Shown here: in pieces, positions 20,367 to 31,168 of the stretch
Layout of the letters: each line of letters starts with the position of its first letter
Numbering within the stretch: the stretch's first letter is position 1
NCBI GenBank assembly: GCA_044464585.1
Contig: JBIQLF010000006.1
Location: 2,397-66,396, forward strand
Direction: 5' to 3'
Length of the DNA stretch: 64,000 nt
Source of the DNA: Thermomicrobia bacterium
Lineage (GTDB): Bacteria > Chloroflexota > Chloroflexia > Thermomicrobiales > UBA6265
The notes under the pieces: generated by a model
Databases searched by the model: none
Told to the model about the DNA's origin: nothing
The model's input: the letters and a program-made list of their open reading frames with translations, nothing else
Position numbers and translations under genes: made by a program

Positions 20367-21498
20367 AAACGAATCCAGCGGAAAACAGTTTCGACCAGCC
20401 TCGGATGCGGCGCTGGCGCTCGCGGACGGCACAATCTTTCGTGGTCGCGGATTCGGAGCCCAGGTCGATTCCGAAGGCGAAGTTGTGTTCACCACCGCGA
20501 TGTGCGGCTATCAGGAGATTTGCACCGATCCGTCGCTCGCCGGACAGATCGTCTGTATGACCTATCCGCTGATCGGCAACTATGGCATCAATGAAACCGA
20601 CGCCGAATCTCGACGGCCCTGGATTTCGGCGCTGATCGTCCGCGAGCTTTGCGATCTCCCGAGCAACTGGCGTTCCGAGGGCACGCTCGACGACTATCTC
20701 CGCGAATATGGCATCCCCGGTATCGCGGGAATCGACACCCGCGCGCTCACCCGGCGCCTCCGCTCTGGTGGCGAAATTCGGGGGGTGGTCGTCCGTAATG
20801 CTGAAGGCGTGACGGACGAAGCATTGATCGAACGTGCCCGTGCGGCAAAACTTCCGGGCGATTGGGATGTGGTCGGGCTGGTCACCAACGACGAAGTGCA
20901 ACAGTTCGGCTCGGGTGATGGCCCACACATCGTCATCGTCGATTGCGGAGTGAAGCAGAACATCATCCAGTCGCTGGTGGATCGCGGTGCGAGAGTCACG
21001 GTCGTTCCATACGGAACGCCCTTCGCGGATATCGACGCGTTGAAACCGGATGGGGTTCTGGTGTCGCCTGGCCCCGGAGATCCCGCCAATCTCGATGACG
21101 GTTTGGAGGTCGTGCAGTCGATTCTGTCGGCCGATCTGCCGTACTTCGGCATCTGCCTGGGCCATCAGCTCCTGGCGCGCGCGATCGGCGCCGATACGGC
21201 CAAACTCAAATTCGGTCATCGTGGCGGCAACCATCCGGTCAAGAATCTGGGAACCGGGACTGTCTCGATCACCTCGCAAAACCATAGTTTCTATGTCGAC
21301 GGCGCGACCATTCCCGCCGGTCAGGAATGGGAAGTGGCGCTCGTCAATCTCAACGACCGGAGCGTCGAGGGATTGCGTCACACACAGCTCCCCGTCATGA
21401 CCGTTCAATTCCATCCCGAAGCCTCGCCTGGCCCATGGGACACCGGCAATCTTTTCGATGAGTTTCTCGACATGGTGCGGGCAAGGAAGGCAGCGTGA
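20341..21498 (+). CDS. carA: Carbamoyl-phosphate synthase small (glutaminase) subunit
   Basis: ...[16 protein letters not shown]...[32 protein letters not shown]...GICLGHQLL...HSF; start ambiguous (20335/20341/TTG 20356), overlaps pyrC end. Confidence 0.93.
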   Translation: MGSCDLPPENESSGKQFRPASDAALALADGTIFRGRGFGAQVDSEGEVVFTTAMCGYQEICTDPSLAGQIVCMTYPLIGNYGINETDAESRRPWISALIVRELCDLPSNWRSEGTLDDYLREYGIPGIAGIDTRALTRRLRSGGEIRGVVVRNAEGVTDEALIERARAAKLPGDWDVVGLVTNDEVQQFGSGDGPHIVIVDCGVKQNIIQSLVDRGARVTVVPYGTPFADIDALKPDGVLVSPGPGDPANLDDGLEVVQSILSADLPYFGICLGHQLLARAIGADTAKLKFGHRGGNHPVKNLGTGTVSITSQNHSFYVDGATIPAGQEWEVALVNLNDRSVEGLRHTQLPVMTVQFHPEASPGPWDTGNLFDEFLDMVRARKAA

Positions 21499-24400
21499 GC
21501 AACCAGATTCGGAGTGTCCTGGTCCTCGGTTCGGGACCGATCGTCATCGGCCAGGCTGCCGAGTTCGACTACGCTGGCACCCAGGCGTGCCGCGCATTGC
21601 GGGAAGAGGGGATTCGCACGATCCTCGTCAATTCCAATCCCGCAACGATCATGACCGACGAGGATATCGCCGATGCGGTCTATATCGAACCGCTCAAACC
21701 CGAGGTCATCCAGCGCATCATCCAGCGGGAACGACCGGATGGCTTGCTTCCGACCCTCGGCGGGCAAACCGGTCTCAATCTGGCGGTCGAAGTCGCCGAG
21801 CTGGGCATCCTCGACCGCTACGGCGTCAAATTGCTCGGTACCCAGCTCACCGCAATCAAACGCGCCGAAGATCGGGCGCTCTTCAAGGAGATGCTCGAAG
21901 AGATCGGCGAACCTGCGGTCGAGAGCGCCATCGTGCATTCGATCGAAGAAGCACGTGCATTCGCCGAGCAGGTTCCTTTGCCGCTGGTCATCCGCCCGGC
22001 GTTCACGCTCGGTGGCACGGGTGGCGGGGTGGCGACCACGCCCGAAGAACTCGACCGGATCGTCGCCAGCGGACTCAACGCGAGCCCGATCCATCAAATC
22101 CTGCTGGAACGGTCGCTGGCCGGCTGGAAAGAGATCGAATACGAGGTGATGCGCGATAGCGCGGACACCTGTATCACCATCTGCAATATGGAAAACATCG
22201 ACCCGATGGGGGTCCACACGGGCGATTCCATCGTGGTCGCGCCGACGCAGACGCTTTCCGACTACGAATACCAGATGCTGCGCGCATCGGCGCTCAAGAT
22301 CATTCGCGCCCTCCAGATCGAGGGCGGTTGCAATATCCAGTTCGCGCTCGATCCCGATTCGTTTGCCTATTCGGTGATCGAGGTCAATCCGCGGGTGAGC
22401 CGCTCCTCGGCGCTGGCATCGAAAGCCACTGGCTATCCGATTGCGCGGGTGACAGCCAAGATCGCGATCGGCAAGACCCTCGAAGAACTGCGCAATGCGG
22501 TCACGCAGAAAACCACCGCTGCCTTCGAACCGGCGCTCGATTATGCGGTCGTCAAGATTCCGCGCTGGCCATTCGACAAATTCACTCGTGCCGACCGCAC
22601 GATCAACACCCAGATGAAAGCGACCGGCGAGGTGATGGCGGTCGATCGCTCGTTCGAGGGCGCGCTGCAAAAAGCAGTGCGGTCACTCGAAGGGCCTGCT
22701 CGCGATCTCGCCTGGGCCGATCCGAAATGGACGGGCGACCAGATCGAAACGTTGATTCGGAAACCGAATGACCTCCGGCTCTGGGCGGTCATGGCCGCGT
22801 TGCGATCCGGTGTGACCGTCGAAACCATTCATGAATGGTCGATGATCGACGAATGGTTTCTCGAAAAACTACTGGGTTTGGTCGAAATCGAACGCTCCCT
22901 TGCTGGTGGAAACGACGATCCCGAGCTGCTTTGGCAAGCCAAGCGCGCCGGGTTCAGTGACCGCCAGATCGGCGCGCTCAACGGCGACAGTGAAAAAGCG
23001 GTCCACGATCGACGGATCGAGCTGGGAATGACCCCGGTCTACAAGATGGTCGACACCTGCGCTGGCGAATTCGAGGCATCGACGCCGTATTTCTACTCGA
23101 CCTACGAGTTCGAGGATGAGGCGACGCCGATCGAGGGCGAACGTGCGCTCGTCGTCGGATCGGGGCCGATTCGCATCGGGCAGGGAATCGAGTTCGACTA
23201 CTGTTCGGTGCATGCTGCTCGGGCGCTGCGTGATAGCGGTGTGGCGGCCATCATGATCAATTCGAATCCGGAAACGGTTTCGACCGATTTCGATGCCTCC
23301 GATCGCCTCTATTTCGAACCGCTCGATGCCGAGAGCGTCGATTCCGTGATCAAGCACGAACGGCCCGCCGGTTCTGACGATGCCGGCCCGCCGGTTATCG
23401 TCCAGTTCGGTGGGCAGACCGCCATCAATCTGGCCGAGCCGCTGATCGATCGAGGCGCCGAGATTCTCGGCTCGTCCCAGGAGTCGATCGATATCGCCGA
23501 GGACCGTGAGCGGTTCGAGGTATTCCTGCGCAATCTCGGTATTCCGCAACCGTACGGCGCGACCGTTACCTCCCTGTCGGATGCCGAGGCAGTCGCGGAG
23601 CGTATCGGATATCCGGTGCTCGTCCGCCCGTCCTATGTGCTGGGTGGCCGGGCGATGGAAGTCGTCTATAGCTCCGAGCAACTGGCGCGGTATATCCGCA
23701 ATGCCACCATGATGACCAGCGACCGGCCCGTTCTGATCGACAAATACCTGTTTGGCAAAGAGGTCGAGGTCGATGCGATTTGCGACGGAACCGACGTGCT
23801 CATCCCCGGTGTCATGGAGCATATCGAACGGGCAGGGGTGCATTCGGGAGATTCGTTCGCCGTATATCCGGGGATCCGGCTCTTCCCGGCCGAAATCGAG
23901 ACGATCGTCGATTACACCACCCGTATCGCCCTCGAAATCGGCGCGCGCGGTCTGATCAACATCCAGTATGTGATCCATGCCGGCCGGCTCTATGTGCTCG
24001 AAGTCAATCCGCGCTCCTCACGCACTGTTCCCTTCCTGAGCAAGGTGACGGGAGTGCCGATGGTTCGCCTGGCAACCAATGTCATGCTCGGCAAGCGTCT
24101 GGCCGAACAGGGATATCAGGGCGGGCTCTGGCCGCGGCAGCCATTGGTTGCCGTCAAGGCTCCCGTCTTCTCCATGGCGAAGCTGCGCGGGGTCGAGGTC
24201 AATCTCGGTCCGGAAATGAAATCCACCGGCGAGGTCATGGGGGTCGACCGGACCTTCGATTCCGCCTTCTACAAAGCGCTGATCTCCGCAGGGTTGGCAT
24301 TGCCGTCGCGCGGTTCGGTGCTGGTGTCGCTCGCCGATGAAGACAAGAGCGAATCGCTGGAGATGATTGCGTCGCTCGTGCGCCAGGGACACAAACTCTA

Positions 24401-24722
24401 CGCCACCGAGGGGACCGCCGCGCTGATCGAACGAGCGGGAATGCCGGTCCATATGGTTACGAAACGGATCGGGCGAGGTAAACCAGATGTGGTCGACGTG
24501 ATTCTGATGGGAATCGTCGATGGCGTCATCAACACCCCGGGTCGCGCCGACAAGGAATTCCTCGACGGACTGGAAATTCGCCGCGCGGCGGTGGAGCGGG
24601 GTATTCCGTGCATCACCTCCATCGACACCGCCCGGGCCATGGTCGCCGCTATGGAGCAGGCGAGCGAGGTCTATACGGTCCAACCGATAACCGAATACCG
24701 GAAGACGGGAACCGGCTATTGA
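21495..24722 (+). CDS. carB: Carbamoyl-phosphate synthase large subunit
   Basis: 1075 aa; ...[32 protein letters not shown]...; duplicated ATP-grasp halves; GTG overlaps carA stop. Confidence 0.97.
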   Translation: MSNQIRSVLVLGSGPIVIGQAAEFDYAGTQACRALREEGIRTILVNSNPATIMTDEDIADAVYIEPLKPEVIQRIIQRERPDGLLPTLGGQTGLNLAVEVAELGILDRYGVKLLGTQLTAIKRAEDRALFKEMLEEIGEPAVESAIVHSIEEARAFAEQVPLPLVIRPAFTLGGTGGGVATTPEELDRIVASGLNASPIHQILLERSLAGWKEIEYEVMRDSADTCITICNMENIDPMGVHTGDSIVVAPTQTLSDYEYQMLRASALKIIRALQIEGGCNIQFALDPDSFAYSVIEVNPRVSRSSALASKATGYPIARVTAKIAIGKTLEELRNAVTQKTTAAFEPALDYAVVKIPRWPFDKFTRADRTINTQMKATGEVMAVDRSFEGALQKAVRSLEGPARDLAWADPKWTGDQIETLIRKPNDLRLWAVMAALRSGVTVETIHEWSMIDEWFLEKLLGLVEIERSLAGGNDDPELLWQAKRAGFSDRQIGALNGDSEKAVHDRRIELGMTPVYKMVDTCAGEFEASTPYFYSTYEFEDEATPIEGERALVVGSGPIRIGQGIEFDYCSVHAARALRDSGVAAIMINSNPETVSTDFDASDRLYFEPLDAESVDSVIKHERPAGSDDAGPPVIVQFGGQTAINLAEPLIDRGAEILGSSQESIDIAEDRERFEVFLRNLGIPQPYGATVTSLSDAEAVAERIGYPVLVRPSYVLGGRAMEVVYSSEQLARYIRNATMMTSDRPVLIDKYLFGKEVEVDAICDGTDVLIPGVMEHIERAGVHSGDSFAVYPGIRLFPAEIETIVDYTTRIALEIGARGLINIQYVIHAGRLYVLEVNPRSSRTVPFLSKVTGVPMVRLATNVMLGKRLAEQGYQGGLWPRQPLVAVKAPVFSMAKLRGVEVNLGPEMKSTGEVMGVDRTFDSAFYKALISAGLALPSRGSVLVSLADEDKSESLEMIASLVRQGHKLYATEGTAALIERAGMPVHMVTKRIGRGKPDVVDVILMGIVDGVINTPGRADKEFLDGLEIRRAAVERGIPCITSIDTARAMVAAMEQASEVYTVQPITEYRKTGTGY

Positions 24723-24753
24723 GGCTGGCTCACCGGACCGCGCATTCGTGATG

Positions 24754-24799
24754 TTCAGGGGCTGGCGCCGCAGATTCATCCGCAGCGCCAGCCCCTGAA
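24754..24799 (+). terminator. Terminator-like hairpin after carB (15-bp stem, 16-nt loop)
   Basis: TTCAGGGGCTGGCGC...GCGCCAGCCCCTGAA followed by tt. Confidence 0.45.
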
Positions 24800-24891
24800 T
24801 TGCCCGGGAATGCCGTAAGCTACAACGAGGGTGCGCGATAACTCGGATCTGAAGAGACGATCGTCCGTCGAGATTTCGGGAAGGAACAAGC

Positions 24892-25953
24892 ATGGTCCAG
24901 AAAGTGCTCTATGGAATGCTCGTTCTGGTTCCTATCACGATTGCGCTGCATCTGCTGGACATCGGCGGCCATACGGTCATCTTCGTTCTCAGCGCCCTGA
25001 GTCTCATCCCCTTGGCCGGTGTGCTCGGAACCGCTACCGAAGAAACGGCGGTCTATACCGGTCCCAAGGTCGGCGCGCTCCTGAATGCGACCCTTGGGAA
25101 TCTGGCCGAGCTCATCATCGCCTTCGCGGCATTGCGCGAGGGGCTGCACAGTGTGGTGCGGGCCAGCATCGCCGGATCGATCATCGGCAATATCCTCGTC
25201 GTGCTCGGGGCTTCGCTGCTCGTCGGTGGATTCAAGAACGGTGTTCAGCGTTTCGATCCGCGCGAGGCATCGACCAATGCCACCATGATGACGCTGGCCG
25301 TCATCTCGCTCGCGGTGCCGGGTTTCTTCGTTCTCACTCAGGCGGATGGGATGCGGCTCACCCAGCATTCGGCAGAACGCCTGAGCGACGGCGTCGCCCT
25401 GATCATGCTCGTCATCTATGCCGCCTATCTCTATTTCACGCTCTTTCAGCGAGGGATGCGCCCGAAACCGAGCGCGCATGCGGAAACGGCTTCGATGTCG
25501 CTCAAGGTCGCCATTGGTCTGCTGGTCGGCGCCACGATCGCCGTGGTGATCATGAGCGAAATCCTGGTCGGCGTGCTCGAACCGACCGCCGAATCGTGGG
25601 GCTTGAGCGACGCATTCATCGGACTGATCATCGTGCCGCTGGTTGGCAATATTGCCGAGCATCTCGTCGCCGTGCGGGCGGCCTATAACAACGATATGGA
25701 TCTCAGTCTGGGGATCGCGCTCGGTTCCGGTTTGCAGGTCGCGTTGTTCGTTGCTCCCGTGCTCGTGCTCATTGGTGAGCTCATCGGAAAACCGATTCCG
25801 ATGGTATTCAATTCCTGGGAGCTCATCGCGTTGGTCGCCGCGGTGTTGCTGGCTGTGGCGATATCTCAGGACAGCAAATCCAACTGGCTCGAAGGCGCGC
25901 AACTTCTGGCCGTCTATCTGATCTTGGCAACCGCATTCTTCTTTGCAGGATAG
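24892..25953 (+). CDS. Ca2+/H+ antiporter (CAX/ChaA family)
   Basis: About 11 TM segments; two alpha-repeat motifs GNLAELIIA and GNIAEHLVA. Confidence 0.88.
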   Translation: MVQKVLYGMLVLVPITIALHLLDIGGHTVIFVLSALSLIPLAGVLGTATEETAVYTGPKVGALLNATLGNLAELIIAFAALREGLHSVVRASIAGSIIGNILVVLGASLLVGGFKNGVQRFDPREASTNATMMTLAVISLAVPGFFVLTQADGMRLTQHSAERLSDGVALIMLVIYAAYLYFTLFQRGMRPKPSAHAETASMSLKVAIGLLVGATIAVVIMSEILVGVLEPTAESWGLSDAFIGLIIVPLVGNIAEHLVAVRAAYNNDMDLSLGIALGSGLQVALFVAPVLVLIGELIGKPIPMVFNSWELIALVAAVLLAVAISQDSKSNWLEGAQLLAVYLILATAFFFAG

Positions 25954-25960
25954 GGGAACG

Positions 25961-26545
25961 ATGGCAGTCGATCTGGAACAGCTTTTTCTGGAATCCGGGG
26001 CACTCAAGCACGGTCATTTTTTGCTCGCATCCGGGCGCCATAGCGACAAGTATCTGGAAAAGTTCGACCTGCTGCGAAAACCGCCTGTGACCTCGGATGT
26101 GCTCGCGCCGCTCGCGGCGGAATTGGCTGGATGGGATATCGATCTCGTCGTCGGTCCGACGACCGGCGGCATCCTGCTCGCATTCGAGCTGGCCCGCCAG
26201 CTTGAATTGCCCGCGGCCTACGCGGAGCGCAGCGGTGAGGGGCTCGCCGGTCGCGAATTCAAGCGAGGTACGAGCTTCGAGGCCGGAAGCAAGGTTTTCG
26301 TCATCGACGACATTCTGACGACGGGCGGTTCGATCGCCGAAACGCTCAAAGCGCTGGAAGCGTATCCCGTTCGTGTGGTAGGCATCGCGGTGCTTGCCGA
26401 CCGGAGCGCGGGTTCGGTCCGCTTCGGTGATATTCCGATGCTGCCGTTGCTTTCGCTCGACATTCAGAGCTGGCCGGCCAGCGATTGTCCCCTTTGCGCC
26501 GCCGGTGTGCCGCTCACCAAACCCGGTTCCACCGCGGCCAAATAG
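25961..26545 (+). CDS. pyrE: Orotate phosphoribosyltransferase
   Basis: MAVDLEQLFLESGALKHGHFLLASGRHSDKYL...VFVIDDILTTGGS (PRPP motif); ATG 25961 avoids overlap with the antiporter gene. Confidence 0.93.
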   Translation: MAVDLEQLFLESGALKHGHFLLASGRHSDKYLEKFDLLRKPPVTSDVLAPLAAELAGWDIDLVVGPTTGGILLAFELARQLELPAAYAERSGEGLAGREFKRGTSFEAGSKVFVIDDILTTGGSIAETLKALEAYPVRVVGIAVLADRSAGSVRFGDIPMLPLLSLDIQSWPASDCPLCAAGVPLTKPGSTAAK

Positions 26546-26577
26546 GAACCGCGCGCTTCAAGGGTCGAAGCGCGTTC
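26546..26577. terminator. Weak bidirectional hairpin between pyrE and the convergent small ORF
   Basis: GAAC(cgc)GCGCTTC-aagggtc-GAAGCGCGTTC. Confidence 0.3.
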
Positions 26578-26587
26578 GGTGCCGATA

Positions 26588-26812
26588 TCAGTTCCCGTGA
26601 TCGGCACTGTGGTCGGCGTGCGCGCGCGCCTGCAACTCGCCGCGCAACGCCAGCAGATCGTCGAGCCGCTGCTCGATCTGCCCCAACGTCTCCGGACGGG
26701 GCCGGGCCACATACTCATCGCGAAGTTCGAGCAGCATATGGCAAAGCCGGCCGATCGTGCGTACGGTGTGGATGGGATCGTCTTCGCGAGAGGGCACCGT
26801 ATAGCCGCTCAT
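26588..26812 (-). CDS. Hypothetical 74-aa helical protein with His-rich tail, translationally coupled to ligA
   Basis: ligA stop and this start form TGAATG; ...LLELRDEYVARPRPETLGQIEQRLDDLLALRGELQARAHADHSADHGN. Confidence 0.5.
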   Translation of the reverse strand: MSGYTVPSREDDPIHTVRTIGRLCHMLLELRDEYVARPRPETLGQIEQRLDDLLALRGELQARAHADHSADHGN

Positions 26813-28861
26813 TCAGGCTCCTTGCTCGCCGGACCAATCCGGCGATCGACGTATCATGGACAGCATATCCTGCTCGGATAGAATCGGCACTCCCAGTGAT
26901 CGCGCTTTATCCGCTTTGCTGCCGGCGTCCTCGCCGGCCACCACATAGGTGGTTTTCTTCGAAACCGATCCCGCCACCGCCGCGCCGAGATCTCGCAAGA
27001 TCGCTTCCGCTTCACTTCGGGTCAACGTTTCGAGTCGCCCGGTCAGCACGAATGTCTGCCCAGCCAGCGGACCCGGCTCATCCGACTCCGGTTCCCCGTC
27101 GGACATGTTGACGCCCACGGCCGCCAGTTTTTCGATGACATGCCGGTTCGAGGGATCGGCGAAGAAGTCGACGACGCTTTGCGCCACGATGGAACCAACC
27201 CCGGAGACCGACTGCACGTCTTCGAGTGAAGCCGACTGCACGCGACGCATCGACCGGAAATGCCGCGCCAGTTGATTGGCATTTCGCTCGCCGATATGCG
27301 GAATTCCGAGTCCCGCGAGCAATCGTCCCAGCGGTCGTTCCTTGGATGCCTCGACCGAAGCGCGCAGGTTTTGCGCGCTCTTTTCCCCAAGTCCTTCCAG
27401 CCGCGCAACCTGCTCCCAATCGAGTGTGTAGATATCGCCGAAATCATGAATCCAGCCGAGGTCGACGAACCGGTCGGCCAGTTTCTCACCCATCCCGGCG
27501 ATATCCATCGCCCCGCGCGAAACGAAATGATGCAGGCCCTCGCGGATACGGGCCGGGCAAGCGGAGTTGGTGCAATACCGCATAGCCACGCCGGCGTCGC
27601 GTTTGGTCGGTGTGCCGCAGACCGGGCACAGCTCGGGCATCTCGAACGGAATCTCCGTGCCGGTGCGTTTTTCGACGATGACTTTGACGATCTGCGGAAT
27701 GACATCGCCGGCGCGTTGCACCACGACCCAATCGCCGGTCCGGATATCTTTGCGCGCGATCTCGTCTTCGTTGTGAAGCGTTGCCCGGCGTACGGTGACT
27801 CCCCCGATATTGACCGCGGCCAGAATTGCGGTCGGATTCAGTGTGCCCGTCCGGCCCACATTGATGACGATGTCTTCCACTTGCGTGGTCTTCTGAATGG
27901 CCGGGAATTTGTAGGCGGTTGCCCAGCGCGGTTCGCGGGAGACGATGCCGATCTCATCTTGCAGGTGTACGGCATCGATCTTGGTCACGACGCCGTCGAT
28001 CTCGAAATTCAGCGTATCCCGCTGACCGAGCCACCAGACGCAACGTTCCCAGACCGCTTCAATCGAGCCGTGCCGCATCGGATGGGGAGCCGTCTCGAAC
28101 CCATATTGGACCAGCATCTGCAGGGTCTCGTAATGGCTGTCCGGGCGCGGGAAACCCTCTAGATATCCGATATCCCATGTATAGAAACTGAGCGGGCGCT
28201 CCCGGGTCTTGCGCGGATCGATCTGGCGCAGGCTCCCCGCGGCGGAGTTCCTCGGATTCATGAACGGTTCACCGCCCGCTTCGAGGATCCGATTATTGAG
28301 CGCTTCGAAATCCGACTTTTTCATGTAGACCTCGCCGCGCACCTCGATGCGCGAGGGGACCGGATAGTCAGCCGCCGCTCGCAATCGGATCGGTATCGTG
28401 CGGATCGTCTTGAGATTCGCCGTCACATTTTCTCCGACGAACCCGTCTCCTCGCGTGGCACCGGTTTGCAGTACGCCATCCACATACGTCAGCGCCACAG
28501 CCAGGCCATCGATCTTCGGTTCGGTCACCAGGGTCATCGAGTTGTGCCCCGCCGCCCGTTGCGCTCGCATCCACCAGGCGATCAGGCCCGACTCGTCGAA
28601 GACATTGCTGAGGGAAAGCATTGGTGCTGGATGGACGACTTTGGCGAACTGCGATTGGGGAGTGGCTCCGACGCGCTGGCTGGGGGAATCGGGCGTTACC
28701 AGATCGGGATAGGCTTCCTCGATGCGTAGCAGCTCGCGCATGGCTTCGTCGTATTCCGCATCGGAAACGGTCGGCTGGTCGAGAACGTGGTACTCATAAC
28801 TCCAGCGATCGAGATCCTTGCGGAGCGCGTCGAGCCGCTCCCGTGCATCCAGTTCGGTCAT
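26813..28861 (-). CDS. ligA: NAD+-dependent DNA ligase
   Basis: MTELDARERLDALRKDLDRWSYEYHVLDQPTVSDAEYD...; adenylation motif EPKIDGLAV; Zn finger CPVCGT...C; HhH and BRCT regions. ATG 28861 inside track ORF 26813..29047. Confidence 0.96.
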   Translation of the reverse strand: MTELDARERLDALRKDLDRWSYEYHVLDQPTVSDAEYDEAMRELLRIEEAYPDLVTPDSPSQRVGATPQSQFAKVVHPAPMLSLSNVFDESGLIAWWMRAQRAAGHNSMTLVTEPKIDGLAVALTYVDGVLQTGATRGDGFVGENVTANLKTIRTIPIRLRAAADYPVPSRIEVRGEVYMKKSDFEALNNRILEAGGEPFMNPRNSAAGSLRQIDPRKTRERPLSFYTWDIGYLEGFPRPDSHYETLQMLVQYGFETAPHPMRHGSIEAVWERCVWWLGQRDTLNFEIDGVVTKIDAVHLQDEIGIVSREPRWATAYKFPAIQKTTQVEDIVINVGRTGTLNPTAILAAVNIGGVTVRRATLHNEDEIARKDIRTGDWVVVQRAGDVIPQIVKVIVEKRTGTEIPFEMPELCPVCGTPTKRDAGVAMRYCTNSACPARIREGLHHFVSRGAMDIAGMGEKLADRFVDLGWIHDFGDIYTLDWEQVARLEGLGEKSAQNLRASVEASKERPLGRLLAGLGIPHIGERNANQLARHFRSMRRVQSASLEDVQSVSGVGSIVAQSVVDFFADPSNRHVIEKLAAVGVNMSDGEPESDEPGPLAGQTFVLTGRLETLTRSEAEAILRDLGAAVAGSVSKKTTYVVAGEDAGSKADKARSLGVPILSEQDMLSMIRRSPDWSGEQGA

Positions 28862-29037
28862 CGATTCGGTTCCTTTGGGCGCCGCCGGGGCAAACGTCGT
28901 GGTATATAGTGAACGTACGATACGAACAGAAATTCTAGCACGGTGCCCTGTTCCCCCTGCCCAAGACGTGAAGCATGAGACCCCGCCGAGATTCCCGCCC
29001 ACGCCCTGTCCCCAACGTCGAGCTCCGAGGTGAATCG

Positions 29038-31077
29038 ATGGAAGCACGGCTGTTTCTCTCGCAGCGAGCCCGGGATTTCGTCCTGGCAGCGGGAGGCGCC
29101 GTCCATGAAGATCTCCTGATCGGGCACATGTTCGGTTCGGCGCGAACCCCCGAGCTCTGGCGCGCGCTGTTCTATGCGGTCATGCGGGAAACACCGGAAT
29201 TGCGCGTGCGCGGCGAGCGGGAATGGGTGCTGGCCGGGAACGAGCCGCTTCTCGATATTGCCTATCCGGACTTCGTCGCGCTCGATGTGGAAACGACTGG
29301 ACTCCGGCCGGCATCGAACCGAATCATCGAAATCGGCATGATTCGTTATTCGTCTGGTGAACCGGTCGAGCGCTTCCAGACACTGTTCGATCCCGAACGC
29401 AAACTCCCGGCCTATATTTCGAAGCTCACTGGCATCCGCGATGCCGACCTGCGCGGCGCCGATGGATTCGCGCACCGGGCCGGCGAGATCGTCGAGTTCC
29501 TGGGCGATGCGCTGATCGTCGGGCACAATGTCACATTCGATATTGGATTCGTCAACGCCGAACTGCGACGAGCGGGCAAGCTGCCGCTGGTGAACGACCG
29601 GGTCGATACGATGGCGCTGGCTATGCGCTATCTGCCCGAGCTCAAACGCGCCAGTCTGGACAAGGTCGCGTCGGCTCTCGGTTTGTCGCCCCGCAAACTC
29701 CACCGCGCGGAAGGAGACGCCGAGCTTTCGGCCCGGGCAGCCCTCGCCCTCTTTCGCATTGCCGCCGAACGCGGCGAAGGGTCGGTCGACGCGCTCAAGG
29801 CAACCTCGCGCTTGCCGGAGGGCCGACCGCGCGATGGCATCGGTCGCGGCCGGGCGTTGCTGGACACGGAATTCCTCAAATCGATTCCCCAGCGACCCGG
29901 TGTCTACCTGATGCTCGACGCCAACCAGCGCGTCATCTATGTTGGCAAGGCCAAGAACCTGCGCGATCGGGTTGGGTCCTACTACTCGCAGCCACTTGGG
30001 TATACCCGCAAGATGGACGGATTGCTGGAATCGATTGCGTCGATCGAGGTGCGTGTCGTGGGGAGCGAGCTCGAGGCGCTCATGCTCGAAGCTCAGCTGA
30101 TCAAGCGATATCAACCGCGCTACAACACGGTCATGCGCTCGCACGAGCAATATCCGTATATCAAAGTCGATCTGGCATCACCCTGGCCGCGCATTCTGCT
30201 CGCGCCGGAGTGGAAAGACGATGGCTGCAAATACTTCGGGCCATATCGAAATCGAAGCACGGCCAGGCAGGTCGTCGAGCTGCTGAACATCCATTTCCAG
30301 TTGCGCACCTGCACGCGCAGTTTCAAGACCGCCCGGAGCTATGGTTCACCCTGTCTGAAACTGGCGCTCGGACAATGCCTCGGTCCATGTGCTGGCAAGG
30401 CGGATCGTGAAATCTATATGGAACGCACCCGGGCCGCGCTCCGTTTTCTGGAAGGAACCGATGCGCCGCTTCTGCAGCGCATCTGGGAACAACTGGAAGA
30501 AGCGGCGTCGACCGGCGATTTCGAACGTGCGCGCCGGCTGCGCCGCGATATTCAGCTCCTGCAATCGATCTCCAGTGTCCATCGGGTGATTCAGGAGATG
30601 GAACGGCGCCCGACCCTGCTGCTGGCTCTGCCTGCTGCCGAACGCGACCGTATCGATTGTTGCCTGGTCAGTGGAGGCCGGATGTGGAGCCGCACCGCGG
30701 TCACGCGCTGGGAAACCGCGGGAAGCATCCACCGGCGGCTCGTGGCCTCGTTCGATCGATTACAAGGAGGTGGCGCCAACTCGATCGATCCATCGACGAT
30801 CGACGAGGCGCTGATTCTGGATCGCTGGCTGAATCGTAATTGGGGACATCCCGCCATTCTGCAATTTCACGAGGGCGTATTGCCGGGGGCCGAAGCGATC
30901 CGCTCCTGGCTCGATAGCGCATTCGAGATCGATTTCGAACGGTGGACCCCACCAGAAACCGGGGGCGAGGATATCGTTCTCGATATCCAGCCAGGCGAAA
31001 CGCGCGTGCCCGATCCACACGACGGCTGGATGCTTCCGCATCTGATCGAAAGCGATATCCAGGGAATCTTCGGATAG
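29038..31077 (+). CDS. DEDD (DnaQ/epsilon-like) 3'-5' exonuclease fused to a GIY-YIG (UvrC/Cho-like) nuclease domain
   Basis: Exo motifs FVALDVETTGL, GHNVTFDIGF, HRAEGDAE; then GIY-YIG PGVYLMLDANQRVIYVGKAKNLRDRVGSYY...ELEALMLEAQLIKRYQPRYN. ATG 29038 chosen within track ORF 28975..31077. Confidence 0.88.
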   Translation: MEARLFLSQRARDFVLAAGGAVHEDLLIGHMFGSARTPELWRALFYAVMRETPELRVRGEREWVLAGNEPLLDIAYPDFVALDVETTGLRPASNRIIEIGMIRYSSGEPVERFQTLFDPERKLPAYISKLTGIRDADLRGADGFAHRAGEIVEFLGDALIVGHNVTFDIGFVNAELRRAGKLPLVNDRVDTMALAMRYLPELKRASLDKVASALGLSPRKLHRAEGDAELSARAALALFRIAAERGEGSVDALKATSRLPEGRPRDGIGRGRALLDTEFLKSIPQRPGVYLMLDANQRVIYVGKAKNLRDRVGSYYSQPLGYTRKMDGLLESIASIEVRVVGSELEALMLEAQLIKRYQPRYNTVMRSHEQYPYIKVDLASPWPRILLAPEWKDDGCKYFGPYRNRSTARQVVELLNIHFQLRTCTRSFKTARSYGSPCLKLALGQCLGPCAGKADREIYMERTRAALRFLEGTDAPLLQRIWEQLEEAASTGDFERARRLRRDIQLLQSISSVHRVIQEMERRPTLLLALPAAERDRIDCCLVSGGRMWSRTAVTRWETAGSIHRRLVASFDRLQGGGANSIDPSTIDEALILDRWLNRNWGHPAILQFHEGVLPGAEAIRSWLDSAFEIDFERWTPPETGGEDIVLDIQPGETRVPDPHDGWMLPHLIESDIQGIFG

Positions 31078-31168
31078 ATCGAGTCCGCTCGGAAGCCGGA
31101 AATGACCGCGAGGTTCGTTATACTCGGGAGCGGTCTTGCGCGGATAGCGCGCTCGTTCGGGAGTCACC

